Assembly (NCBI RefSeq): GCF_964204865.1
Contig: NC_135252.1
Span: 13,702,001-13,766,000, forward strand
DNA length: 64,000 nt
Source: Styela clava
Taxonomy: Eukaryota
Direction: 5' to 3'
Made by a program: the position numbers and the translations under genes. Positions 48,804 to 63,764 of the stretch are shown in pieces. The stretch's first letter is position 1; the number at the start of each line of letters is the position of its first letter. Below the pieces are notes generated by a model. That model ran no database searches. It had not been told where the DNA came from and saw nothing but the letters and a program-made list of their open reading frames with translations.

Positions 48804-51564
48804 GTTGTGACCCGAAACTTTGGTATTTTTCGAGAAAATTCCCATACCGCCAACAATGAAATATATTTAACAATGTGCACTTTTGATGTATTTTTTAAAT
48901 CAATTTTAAATGATCATTTATAAACAGCAAGCTTTCTAAAAATTAGTTACCCAATTCTATGGTATAAAAAAACGGTGTAGCATTGTAAGTAAGTGTTAAG
49001 TATAAGTGTTTATTTCGATTTTCCAAACAATACATGGCAAAACAAACAAATGTACGGAAAATGCACGAGCCCACTTACCCCAAACAGCAAACAACACATT
49101 GAAGTAAATTTAAAAAAAAAAGAGAGACTCGAAAGATAATTCGGGCGTAAATACTTGGGTGTGGTTGTGGAGTTTTACCATGAAGTGTGATTTTCTACTA
49201 TATCTGTACAAGGAAATAATGAGAATTGTAGAATACAACAAACAAACAAGCTGTGCAATATATGTGATGAAATTAATTTGATTACAAACGCACTCGACTA
49301 ATAGTCTACCGGACGATAAACAACAATAATAAAAGCACCATAAAAGAAAACAACAACAAACGAAGTAAAATATGGCAAGGTCATTTCACGCCCTGGCACA
49401 TCCTTATTCCATCGGTACTGTATCCAACAGCATCGTTTTGATTTAGGTTTGTAAGTATCTTTTCAGTAGGGTTTATATTCGTCCGGCTTTTCAGGTTTTC
49501 ATTCAACTATTTCTTACTCCAGTATTCCACCGTCGATATTTCACGTCCGCACCCGACGGCGGTCTGATCAGATTGTATTAATAATAATATCGCATTTGCG
49601 AAATGCTGATAGCAGAGTTGCTATATTTGGCGTTGACCGAATTCCAAAAGTTACGCATTTTCAATGCAGATAATATTACTTTTTTAACGCGACGAAAAAT
49701 AACCCGCGATGTAAACGTAATTGATGTCAATGGTTTAGGCACTAGTCCAACATTTGGTAAGTTATTATAAAATGCAATGAAAATTTTACAGCTTCGTCTT
49801 TTTTTTATTATCTTACTTATCTCACATTTCCACAAAATCTTTCTTGTCTCCATCTCTTGAAATATCTATGGCCTGACTGTGTTGATTCACAGCAAAAAGT
49901 AGAGCGCTCATGCAAATTCGTATTTAAAATTGCCACATTCATTTTTGTATTCACGAATCGTGATAGCCACAGAATATAATGTTGCCTCCTATGACGCGAT
50001 TACTCAACTGAAACTTTGAAAAACCATGCTGCTTACACTCAGAAGTGTATTGATGCCTCTCATCTCTTGTTTTGTATATGCATCGAATGAGCAATCGCGT
50101 GAAACGAGGTATTCAATTCCCAGTCTCGCAAGAGCAAATGCACGATTAAACCGGAAGAGCCTAATATCACCTACTTGCCCTTCAGGTCATTTTCAGACTA
50201 CCAAAAGCACAAAATCCATAAAGTTACAATACCAGATTGAAGAAATGATTTCGATTGCATGTGACGCGTGAGGCTTCGCATGAGGATTTGGGAATGATGA
50301 ATGAAACTATCATGAAAGAGGACGGAAAATTAGTTACCGCCATTTTGGTACACACGATTCTGGAGCGCCAATTTAACAATGTATTCTTCTGTAAATCGGA
50401 ATTTTTAATAGATGTGAGTGATTTGCACTTTTTCAAATCGCTTTTGTAGTAAAATGAGTTGAAAAACTTTTGTTGTTATTTCCGATATAGAAATGTGATG
50501 TTGCACTGCTTCCCGATGATTGCCGACCACTGTTTCAAACTACGTACAACGCTTAAAATATATTTTAACTAGATTTTTATTGTTGTGATTTTGAAAGATT
50601 ATGCAATTGGAATTTGACGAATTACGACAGTGTGCCTAAATTTCGATATCCTCCGACCGAGACAATAGAAGAATATTATTAAAAAATTTTGATCTAAACA
50701 AATCTGAAATCAGTTGATAACAAAAATCTCTGATTATATAGATAGGAATGTGTGATGAGACAATAGGATTTTTATGCCACCCTTATGCGCGCAGGGAGCG
50801 GTATGCATGTAACAAGGCCGTCAAATATTGGTAACCGCCGATTTTCTGTATTTTTTAAACCATAAATATACAAATTGGCAAAGACGAAACATTTCATTTA
50901 TATAGCGTTAACGAATAAGTTCCATTTGTATTGTTTACGATGATAAAATAATATTATCTCATCAACGCCTATCACCCAGGCCTTAAATTTATTTGACACA
51001 AAGAAAGCAAATCAATGAAAGCTAACTACGATTACTCGTTCGTTCTATCGTCTATTTCGATCCACATGGCGGGGTCTTTGTAACCATTTCCTGTGATTGT
51101 TAGGCCAAATCCAGAATCAACGTGTAATTGAGCGCTTATCTATAGTCAAAGCATGATTTTTGATGAAACTACACGCTGACGAATTTTAACCTCGAAACGA
51201 AAGCACTTCAATAATCACAATATATATAATGGAAACCAAAGTGACTATAGTGACTTTGATGGAAACAAGTGGGACACGTGGTGTGACAGGTGGGACAAAT
51301 GGGGCACGACATTTTTGCGAAACCCCTCAACTGTCGTAATATATATATATGCAATGGGAAACGATTCCGATTGCATGTGACGCGTGAGTATTTGGAAAGG
51401 ATGAATGAAAATAGCATGAAAGAAAAAATCCATTGGACAATAAACGAAATTGTAACTTTTTGAGATTGCGACGCACTAAATAATATCACGGTACACTCAT
51501 TACAACACGAAGTTTTTCAAGTCATTTATTTAGCGAACTTTAATGCGATGGATGTGTTTTAGAG

Positions 51565-52245
51565 CAGTGGTTCCCAACCGCCGATCCGCGAAGCTTTTTT
51601 GCCGGTCCGCGAGAAATTTTGTTGTTTTTATACCGTATTAATCGCTTTACCCAAGACAAGGTTGCGTTGGTTCATTACGCAATTCCTTTTGCGACAGCTT
51701 GGCGCCATCTTTCGCGACATCTTGGCGCCGAGCAATCTCACTTTCCGCTTTTACGGCTCCAATTCATGTCGCGCTCCGACAAATCTCGCAAGATTCAGAA
51801 ACCTGAAAATCGGCACGCGTGCTTTTTCTGTTCTGCGTGCTTTTCCGGATTTAAAAAAAAGAATTACTTGACATAATTTTAGATATTTCTTGGTAACGAA
51901 TACCCATCGCTAAGTAATCAAACTGTTGTGCGTATTTTCAACCCGTTACTGCTTTATGCGAAAGAACATTTTCATCACTAGATTCAATTAAAACGAAACA
52001 AAAAAATCGACCGCACGTGGCTGCAGAGCTACGTGTTGTAGAAACTTCTTGTGGGCCTCGTTTGCAATTTTATATTGAAAACGTTACAGCAGCAAAATTC
52101 CCACTAGAGTCAATTGTGTTTGTACATGATTTGACATGTACATGTTTTATGTTCCACCCATTTCGATTTTTGGTCAGCACGTTATTTGATAGTTTTTCTC
52201 CGTGTGAAATGTTTTTAAGTGTGCTTTTTTGTCTAGAAGCATATT
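51565..52245. mobile_element. Truncated hAT MITE, same family as 15950-17042, in opposite orientation
   Basis: Starts CAGTGGTTCCCAACCGC; extended inverted similarity to about 16370-17042. Confidence 0.85.
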
Positions 52246-52935
52246 GAGTGCACGTAGGGTGGGGAAGAATGGACATGTGGGGTAAATCAGACACCTTTTT
52301 CTATTTGAACTTACTGCGACACCATGAGAGCTTCGGTCGAGGTTTTACTACTCGTACAATGCCCAAAAAATTGATCATCGGCATTTGTAGCGCATTTAAT
52401 TTTTAACTTGCAAAAAGGCTAGTATGAGAAATATTTGGCCATATCCAATCATTAGGAACTGATACACTATAGTATTCACCCGTATTACTATTTCTGCACA
52501 GGTACGTTTCGACAACCTACTCGACGATGTTTCCAGTAAGGAAGCTTTACAGAATTTAGTTCTAACGCATATTTCATGTCGTAGTCGAGAAAACTCATGA
52601 TCCCTTTGATTATCTGTCTCAATGTGATTGATAACATGCAAATGTATGTTATGGCAGTCGTTGAACATGGACGATGCGGCCGAATTGCGCCACCTTCTGA
52701 TTACCAACGGAAAAGGTTCTTACGTCACAATAATTATTATGAGATCATATAACAATAACTATTTATCACAATGGCGCTTTGAAAAATGTGATGGTGCCAT
52801 AGAAACTCTTTCGGATTAGAATTTCGGGTTGCAGTTGGTTTGTTTTATTGCAGCGTTTTTTTCGAAGTTTAAGGCGTGTAAAGTAATTTACATTTAAAAT
52901 AACCGCGAAAGCAAGGAAACTCACTCCTAACAATT

Positions 52936-54255
52936 ATGAATTCCTGTATTAGAAATGTAAGTATTCTATGCGCTTTTCATTATTTTAGAAACCAACAGGA
53001 TGGGTCAAACGAGTTTTGGACGGTCATTGGCATTACTAAAGTAGTTTCTTCGAATCTTTGCATGCTTGGGAAATATATTCGCAGAAAATCATTTTGAGGG
53101 ATATCAAGTCTGTAATTAATGGTTGTTATTTTACTTCAACACAAGTGCCCACCAGTGTATCCTAACTAAATTTATTGCCTGACCAAATGTTTGGTTCAAA
53201 TAAATTTTATACCGGTACTGTTGTATCATGCTTATGTGCGACACTGCGGGTCACAATATTTGAAAGTAATTTGTTACTTTTGTGTAGAGACTGCAAGAAA
53301 TGGGATGCGTAGCCTGTGCATAAGAATGATTAACTTATTATACACTTTGAAAATCAGATTCAGGTCAAAATTTAACTTAGTAACCGGCTAACCGCAAAAA
53401 TCTTTGAGTTATAATTTATTTATGCCCTTCAACGTCTTGGATAACCCTACACGTTGAGATTGTTTGGACTGTTTTCTAGCATTACTGAGCTAACAATTTG
53501 TTAACAGATTCGAATACCTATTTCAGGCGCTTTTCTTCTTATTGCTGGTGTGTGGTACATTATCAAACCCGATAACAACTCCAGAACCAGATGATGACGG
53601 GACAACAACAACTGATAGCAGCGTTACTAGTCCAGAACCTGTCGTGGAAGAGGAGGTCGATGTAGGAGACAACACAGCCACAGAGCCAGCCGAGGTAGAA
53701 ATTCAAGCGGAAGAAGGTGGCGAAGAAACTGTCGTAACTGAAGAACCAACTACTACAGCGGGTAAGAAATGGGCGTAATGTATCAGACTTACCTAATCAG
53801 TAACCTAGAGTTGATTATTATAATATCAAGTATTGCTATAACGAATTCCGCTTTAGGGCAACCATATGTGACGTGTACCGGCAGTTAATGGGACTAAATT
53901 TTTTTCCTCTTCTAGATTTCGCAATCCAATCTCTTAATTGAAATACCAGGTTAGGGTTATACCATAATGTTATTCCAACTTTCCTTATTTTAGTTCTATT
54001 ACGAGTTACGAGACTAGCCAAGTGACTCCCGTAGTATTTGTACCTGAAATTAGGGCCTAGCCCTAACCTGGTACACATACTACGTTACGGTGTCCGCCAT
54101 CTTGGTTCGCATACTACAGGAGTACCAGTCATATATTATTCTTATGTTAAGGATGTTAATTTTAAACATGAATTTTACTATTTGCAGGTGCGGAATCCGT
54201 CAAAGCAAAATTTGCAGCAATTGTATTGGCTTCAATGTTGCCTCTCTTGTTGTAA
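52936..54255 (+). CDS. Small secreted acidic Thr/Glu/Pro-rich mucin-like protein, probably GPI-anchored, 107 aa, 3 exons
   Basis: Exons 52936-52956, 53527-53761, 54188-54255 give MNSCIRNALFFLLLVCGTLS-NPITTPEPDDDGTTTT...EEPTTTAGAESVKAKFAAIVLASMLPLLL*; strong GTAAG donors; AATAAA near 54356. Confidence 0.8.
53946..54126. mobile_element. Hairpin MITE (TTAGGG/YY1-motif family), one arm truncated
   Basis: GGTTAGGGTTA...CCCTAACCTGGTACACATACTACG...GTCCGCCATCTTGGTTCGCATACTACAGGAGTACC. Confidence 0.8.
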
Positions 54256-54881
54256 TTTCACATTCAAAAACACGTTCATTTTTTCGTTGTCAATTTTAGG
54301 TGATTAACTTGTGAACTTATGAAGAACTTTTGTTACTGAATTGTTCACTTTGAAATAATAAAAAAATAAAACCAAATAAAAAACGACTAAACTCTTTGTA
54401 TCTATTTTGAATGAAGCTCTATATCAGTGTTTCCCAACCTTTTTTCCAGCGACCAAAATTTTTTAAATAATAATTTTGTAAAATCTAACGACTCAAGTAT
54501 ACCGTGTTTTCCCGAAAATAAGACCTAGCCTGAATTTTAGAAATGATTTTAATGTAAGCCCTTCCCTTAAAATAAGACCTAGTCAAAAACGCGAATTTTT
54601 TTTTTGACCTCGTCGATACCAAGTATAAGGGCTATTGACCCTTTCTTCATGTCCACACTCCCGTGTAACAGAGTGTAACTCCAATCTGACCATTGTTGAA
54701 TGCCGATGTTGTTATATTGTAAGGATACACAATTGGATTGATCCAAATAACAGATAACGAAATTCACTCAAAACCTTAACGCAATAATATGTGATGAAAC
54801 CAAATTTCTAACTAACAAAGAACGGCAAAGACAAGCAACACTGAGCGAGATAAAATATATTATAAAGGAAATGAATTAGAG

Positions 54882-57800
54882 CAGCGTTTCCCAACCTGTT
54901 TTGGTGTGTCTGTGTGGTATGGTAATATATGACACTTTAAACAATTTGAGTCTTTTGCGCCAGACAATTTAAAACAAAATTTTGTATATGGCTATAGTAC
55001 TCTCTTGGTAGATTTCACAAAATCAACAAGAGCAGGGAAAATGCTAGGGTCGCGTAAGATAGCTTTGAGTTGAAATTCAATGCCATAATCGCGACATTTC
55101 ATCTTTAGTAAGCGTCTTTCGTTTCTATATGCACGACAGTTCAATAGAAAATGTTCTACTGTCTCTGGATCATTACAGAAATCGCAAAGTCCATTATTAT
55201 AGCATCCTATTTTATGGAGGAGCCCATTTAAACGGCAATGTCCCGTCTGAAGTCGAAATAAAATTTTGTCCATTATTCGTGGTGACCAAGTGGAATTCTT
55301 GATGCTGTCTTCAATTGAGGGGAAAATTGTCTTGTAATGAAACGCTTGGTCACTGTGTATAAAATGTTGATCCCATTTATTTGCGCAAAATTGTCGAATT
55401 TGTGATTTGACTTTGTTTTGTGATTGGGATAATCTTTTGTCCACATCGACTTTCGCCGCTGATACCTTTGCTATTTTGTCGGCGACTTCGTTACCCGGAA
55501 TGCCAACATGTCCTGGAGCCCATAGTAGTGTGATTTTGCATCCTTGTTCCTGTAACTCAAAAAGACAAGTCTGAATATTTGAAGATATATTACTAATTTG
55601 ATCCGAGTTATTATTTATAGCAGACATACAATACGATATGATAAGTATATTCCCTTTATAGTTATTTTTTGACCATGTAAGGGCACTATATATTGCAAAA
55701 ACTTCGCAATCAAACGAGGAACAGTCTTTGTCTAGCCTAAAACCCATACGAGAATTATTATATGGAACATAAACCGCAGCACCGCATTTGTCATCAATTT
55801 TTGATCCATCGGTATAGATATGCACGTGTGATTGACATTCATATAATCCAAACTTATAGCTTTTGTTTGGTCGGGCGTATACCAAGGAAAAAGTATTTTC
55901 GATAATGCATCGTCAATATTAATTTCGTCCAAATACCATGGGGGAATTTCTTCGGCTTTAATAATACTAATATCCAATTTGTCAATATCGAAAGTCCTTG
56001 CAATCATACCAAATGTACGAAATGTTGGAGAGTTGGGAAATATTTCATGCCATGAGTGTTCGATGACTTCGTGACAAGGATGGTCAACAAATGTTAGCAG
56101 TTTAGCCTTATATAAGAGGCATAATTGTAGTCGTCGTACACTCAATGGCATCTCATTACAACAAACTTGTAAAGCAATTTTAGGCGTACTCATCATGCCA
56201 CCTGCAGCGATGCGTAGACATTGAGATTGGATAATTTCGATTTTTCTTATGGCATTCATTGATGCTGAAAAATAAGCTTCCATACCATATTCAATAATGG
56301 GTCGAACTAGGGATCTGTACAATGACAAAAGGGGTGATTTGTTAGCTCCCCAGCTAGTTCCAATAAGCAAACGCAGCAGATTAATCCGTTTACTACATTT
56401 TTGTACAACATATTCGATATGTCTCTTATAATTTAAGCGCCTATCGAAATAGACTCCGAGGTATCTTACTTCATTCCTGATTGGTAGTATTACACCGTTT
56501 ATGTGTAGTTGTATTGGTGGTAATTTTCTCTTTCGGGTGAATAGTACAACTATTGATTTTGTGACCGAGATCTTAAAACCCCATTGATTGCACCAGGACT
56601 GAATACAATCCAACGAGTTCTGAGAGGAAATGATTAAATCTTCAATTTTGAGCCCAATGTGCCATAGAGCGCTATCGTCTGCAAACAATCCAACATTATC
56701 TGATGAAATAGTACTAGGCATATATATCGTTTATCATTATATGGAGTGGACTGATTACGCTCCCTTGAGGAATTCCGTTTTCTAATGAGAATATACTTGA
56801 AAGACGACTGCCTACTCTAACCTGAAATGAACGATTCGTCAGAAAAGATGCAGTGGAAAGCCAAATTTTCCCGGTGACACCAATGTTATATAGTTTGTAT
56901 AACAGTCCTCTTTTCCATACCATGTCATAAGCTTTTTTCCTGTCTAAGATAATGCCAAGTACAGATCTTTTATTTGGTAAAGCTTTATATATGTCATCGT
57001 GTAATATTAGATATGCATCAGTTGTAGATCTCCACCTGAAACCGCTCTGTTCTCTACATAATATGCCATTTTATTCAACAAACCACTTCAGTCTGCGAAC
57101 TATAATTCTTTCCAAAACCTTACATAAATTGCTAGTTAAAGATATAGGCCTATATGAAGATGGTTGGTCTTTTTGTTTATTGGATTTAAGAATCGGAATT
57201 ACAACAGAGCGTTTCCAGGTATCTGGAATACTCCCTTTGTTCAAAATCAAATTGAACAATTTGAGTAATATGTCTTTACATTCTGCGGGCAATTTTATAA
57301 GCATCGCGTAGCAAATCTTGTCTAGTCATGGAGCAGTGCTTTTTCTTGGTTTTAAAACTTGATTAAGTTCTTTCATTGTGATATTTTTATCCAATTTGTG
57401 ATTAGCCTTGAAGATTGTTACGTCATGTGAGGATTCGAATGCGATCTTTTTTTGAATAAATTTTGCTACTGACCGCCGAGAACGAACTCGCCAGAAGCTC
57501 AGCTTTTCCGGAATCTTCGATTGCTGTTATACCATTGTGTTTAAGGCCGGGGATTTGTTCGTATACCTTGCTTTTAGTGAAGCGCCTAACCATTCTCCAT
57601 ACGTTGCTGAGTTTTTCATTCTTGTCCAGTGAGCTACAGTAATCATGCCAACTCTGCCTTTTAGCCTTTAATATTATTCTTCTTGCTTCAGATCTACGTT
57701 TTTTATACATTATCACATTTTCGATGGAGATCGACCTTTTCATTTTAAGGAACGCCGCTTTTCTTAGCCGTATGACTTTGTCGCAATCAAACCTTTTTTG

Positions 57801-59220
57801 GTCGCGGACTATTTTCTTACCGGCGAAAACCTTTGAGGACTGAAGGTGCGTTTATTGCAACCGTACTTTGTGTTAAGCAGCAATGAAACCAAACACAACA
57901 GAAAAACCAAACACAACGAATTTCAAAATCGGAAATTCGCCGCAATTACGCGTTCGTTAAAAGAGCCGACATTTTTGGTGTATAATGGATCTTTCTGTCG
58001 CACAGTATTCATTCCATGACAACGACGAGAATTTAAAATGTATTCCTATTTTAATTTAATTGTGTTCATCATGGTAACTCGCGGTTGCGTCGACTTACGA
58101 CAAGATGGAAGCATTACTTTTTTAAAATTCCACTGCAATCTTCGAACATAATAATGAGAGAATATATTGCCTGAATATATTTAGCTTTGATACATATTTT
58201 TTGCGATCTTGCGAATTCGTTATCGCTGTTAGAAAAAATCATACTATCTGCTATAAATTTCCAGAATGTACAACTTTATTTAGTATTTATCAAAAATATT
58301 TTTGAAGTATATATATTAGTAAATCAAGAATACCTATTCACCGCCTTGAAATTCTCGCGAACAATTTCTGAAGTAATCGTCGCGTATACGTCACTCGTTA
58401 AAAGAGCCGACTTTTCAATGATTTTTTCTGTTGCATAAAGCCATAAACTATTCAATCCATCCCCATGTGTAATTCTTTTAATCTGCGGTTGTGTTGACGA
58501 AATAAGAGCAATATCATGACAATCCGTGGCCACAAAAATGCGTGGTAAAGTGCCCGATTATATCTTGTCTTGACTCGTATTTTTGTGAATTCGACATTAC
58601 TACTGTGCGTACCAATCTGGAGGCAGTAAAGCAGAGAATCCTAAAGGAAAACGCCCTGGTACGTATACTACGGTAGCACCCGGAATTTTGCGATTTGCAA
58701 TGTCTAAAAAAGCGTTTTTAATCGGTCGTGAACCGCTTTTCATTTTAGAAAATTTGGGTTGCCCCCATTTACTCTTACCAGAAATTTTTTTTATTCCTCG
58801 TTGTTCGAACTCGCGAGAAACACCTATCTATCGAAGCGTGCAAATACTCTTGTTCTCGTCGGAGATCCACAAGTGAGTTGTGGAATCCAATCGTTTGATT
58901 AAGCGACTCGCAAGTGACCTGTCGCGTCACATGTTACCAAATTTTCGATTAGTAAATATGCTATTCTAATAGTTGAATATTCGAATATATGCCCAGCCCT
59001 ACTCAGTAACCAGTAATTATTGACGCGACTAATGTCATGTGAATAAACTGACTTTTCATGTTTTTTTTTGTAAATTCTAACGCAAATCCTAACTTGGCTG
59101 ATAGTTAATTAGGTTTCGCAAAAACGTTTGCGGCCCGCTGTGAATTTTTGACTCATTGCGGACTCATTTAAACGCTCTGCGGACTCATTTGAGACCGCGG
59201 ACTCGGGTTGGGAAACACTG
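54882..59220. mobile_element. Inner hAT-type element
   Basis: TIRs CAGCGTTTCCCAACC / GGTTGGGAAACACTG, GCGGAC subterminal repeats, TSD AATTAGAG / ATTTAGAG; the intact empty site is visible at about 60485. Confidence 0.85.
54906..57789 (-). mobile_element. 5'-truncated, frameshifted non-LTR retrotransposon (I/Nimb/Ingi-type: RT + RNase H + Cys/His finger)
   Basis: YRPISLTSNLCKVLER, GIPQGSVISP, FADDSA, RYLGVYFD, RNase H IYTDGS...WAPGHVGIPGNEVADKIAK, and C-x2-C...H-x4-C (CDFCNDPETVEHFLLNC); 13-bp TSD AACCTGTTTTGGT / AACCTTTTTTGGT; CA-rich 3' tail. Confidence 0.93.
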
Positions 59221-62008
59221 ATTTAGAGCAACGGCCTTGTTTCAGGCGAATAACATGCACTATTAACAATACGGTAAAAATATTGAAACATACAGTAACT
59301 TTCCATATGTACTCGCTACAAGAATACCCCCCCCCCCCCCGACAATAAAAAAAATTAGTTTGCTAATTTTCAAATTTTGTAAGACTAGCTAATAACGATT
59401 TCTGATTGAATATTATGTCGTAAAATTTGCCGTGTAAGAGTGTATTTAATTCTGCATCAAAGTCGCTAATGACCAACTAATCAAGCGACACATCGACTTC
59501 TTCCTGCTTTGAAAATAATAATATTCGACGCGAGCATTCAAAACTGTAACTGACTTCAATCTTCGTCGTGTTGATGTTGTAGCGAATGTGCATTGTGTAA
59601 CTATGGATTATAATGTATTTAACCCTTTCATATTAATAGCATGTAATATTTCACAAAATAGGCCGCATTATGTTTCGCAACAGCGATAGTGCATTCGCTC
59701 CATGTATTATTGCCTTTCTCGTTTCGACCAATTTGATAACGTATCGTTTCCGGTTTGCCGAGAATGCTCTATAATATTGTGTTTTTTTGTTTCACTCGAT
59801 ATATGACTTGTGATTTGACCGTAATCTTACTGCATTAGGAATTGAGTGTGTTCAATTTTATCTGTATTTGGAATTTGGATCGTGCATCTTTTCAATAATA
59901 TACAACAATTCGACAATCATCATCGTGTGCTTATTATCGTCTGAGGGAATCCAGATTGGAGTTACATTCCATAACACGTGAAATTAATAACGTGGGAATC
60001 GAACTTTGAATATTAGGGTGAACAGTCTTTATTCCTAAGACCGCACCTCATCTCCCTATAATGTATATTGTATGATGTATTCGATAGGCGAGTGCAATTT
60101 TCGCGTTCCGAAGTTGAACGTAATAGTTGATTTGTAGAATAATGTCGACGTTAAGATTTAGTTTGTTGGAAGCATTCCTCGAAGCTTTGAAAACTTGGCA
60201 ATTCTCGGAATTTTCAATCTGTGAAGATTGCCTGACGAGTTGTAACGTAACAAGAGTGTGGTAGCGTTGAATTTCGGAAAGCCGCCGACGTGCAAACTTT
60301 CGTATCGTCAACGTTCCAGACAAATGTGAACGCACCTTTTCGGCAAAACCCGGAATTGGGTGCGCATTGGCTGAGGTCAGCTAGGGGGAAAGTGTAGTTT
60401 CCGTGTCATGTGATTGAAGTAAGAACGGCAAAGACAAGCAACATTGAGCGAGATAAAATATAAAAATATATCATAAAGGAAATGAATTAGAGCGAAGGCC
60501 TCGTTTCAGGCGAATAACATGCACTATTAACAATACGGTGAATATTAAATGAATAAATGTACCTGATTTAATGAAGTAAATTAAATGAATAAATTTACTA
60601 GGAAATGAGATAAACAAATAAAATTTTGTTAAAAAACAAGTGACCCAAGAAGATATTCAGGCGCCATAGGTTGGGATGCACTGCACTACATTACTTTTTG
60701 TTCGAAGATAGCAACAGCCTAATTTTTTATTATTATTGCACGTTATTCTGATGGCCGGCGGTAACAACACGGTAATAGCATAAATTTTGTCACCCAAGAT
60801 ATCACTTTTTTGACCCCTACACTAGAAAATGCAGTATCAAAGTGGTCATATATTGAAAGGATTTGAGTAACTAATCACCGGCTTCGATGAGTACTACTGC
60901 ATTTTTATTCATGCAAACTCCAATTGGGCCTTTGGAAGAAACGATAAAAATTTGTCATTAAATCAGCAGCCTTTAGTCTTGGTCAGGGATATAATTCCAC
61001 ACAGATACAGGGATATTTCGGTTTGGGTTCATCAGGATATAATTCAAATTCGTGACAAGAAAAGTCAATAACGCAAGCTACTTTTTTGTGTTACTATCGA
61101 TGACGAAGGCATCCCGCAGCTGGGTATGCTACTCCTTACGCTCGCTATTCGTTAAGTTGCCAATCAGAGTTAAGTTAGAGCAAGCATGCCTTCCTGTTGA
61201 CCGTTTATTGTATCCGTATCAATGCTTAAGTCTCTCTGCACCTGGCTGTCTCGAATATTAATCAATAAAGAAGAATTATAAAATATAGAGTGCCGATCGC
61301 GATGATTATTAAGTTACTATGAGGAAATTTTACTCGCTAAACATACAATTTTGTATAGGCGCCAGGCAAATATATTAGGTTGTCGATAACAGCAGCCAGC
61401 GACGGAAGGGTATCGTGCTCATTCAGCTGCGAAGAATAAAAATCCTGTTATATATTCCGAGCTCAAAATACGCAAAAATACTTTAACTGTAAGCGTCTTA
61501 CTTTGTTGTTAGAAGTTTAGCGGTCAACTCCGAGAGTGAGATTGAGCGAATGAGGTTTCAGTTGCCTGAGAATTTATGGACACGACAGAAGATATAATAT
61601 ATATATATATACTAAAGCAGTAATCTAATGAGTCACAAGTTGTCGTTGATTAAGACATATATACTATACAAATTAGGTATTATTGTACAATTTGATGTAT
61701 TGCTAGGTTCCAGATATAATAAACGAGAGTAGCCTAATAGGCAGTACAGTATTGGCAATCTCGCTTGGGGTGACAATAATTCCACCTGAAACCTTTATTA
61801 GTCCCGATAATCAAGTATTCGGATGACTCTTAAGTAGGTTAAATCAGAGGCGATAACGACGATATCCATATAACTCCACATAAAATAGGTCACTATTACA
61901 AACATCGTTGCATATTTAACCTGGCATGAATACGTGCTCGTTCTTTTAAAGTACTACCAACGGTGTCAGTTCAAATATAAATTGGTTTTACTTTATGGTC
62001 ACCACGCC

Positions 62009-62042
62009 TCCAATTGTTTGGCCAATCACATGGTTGACGTCA
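62009..62042 (+). promoter_or_regulatory. CCAAT boxes and a palindromic CRE upstream of uridine phosphorylase
   Basis: CCAAT at about 62010 and 62022; TGACGTCA at 62035-62042, about 220 bp before the ATG. Motif match only. Confidence 0.35.
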
Positions 62043-62262
62043 AATTTGTTGGGTAAAATCGCGTATTCCCATGTAAAATACCGTTCAGTTCCGCTTGGGC
62101 AACTCAAACATCTGACGGTTAAGTCCTTTTTCTCACTATGTAAATATAAATATTATCAAGTTTTCCATTATCATATATTATATATTTTCGAATATTTCAA
62201 CGCGATTCGAATCGGACTTGGGACCGGTACACGCACATCGAAATAAAAACCACAGTACAAAA

Positions 62263-63764
<1,502 letters not shown>

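Larger units (their letters stand above)
44030..48960. repeat. Tandem segmental duplication of the pirin locus
   Basis: About 44030-45120 aligns with 47085-48180 (including both flanks), and 46477-46690 aligns with 48237-48287 plus 48812-48960. Confidence 0.85.
54502..60538. mobile_element. pogo/Tigger-like element(s) with a duplicated right end
   Basis: Left end TA|CCGTGTTTTCCCGAAAATAAGACC; right-end segment ending CAATACGG at 59274 (followed by TA) and again at 60538; 54818-54881 joined to 59229-59274 matches 60421-60538. Confidence 0.55.
54425..60683. mobile_element. Outer hAT-type element enclosing nested insertions
   Basis: TIRs CAGTGTTTCCCAACC / GGTTGGGATGCACTG; degenerate 8-bp TSD CTCTATAT / CACTACAT. 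Confidence 0.55.

Noticed and set aside
60048-60335. pogo transposase HTH remnant (FKAS)
   Set aside because: Only a four-residue resemblance; needs an HMM search.
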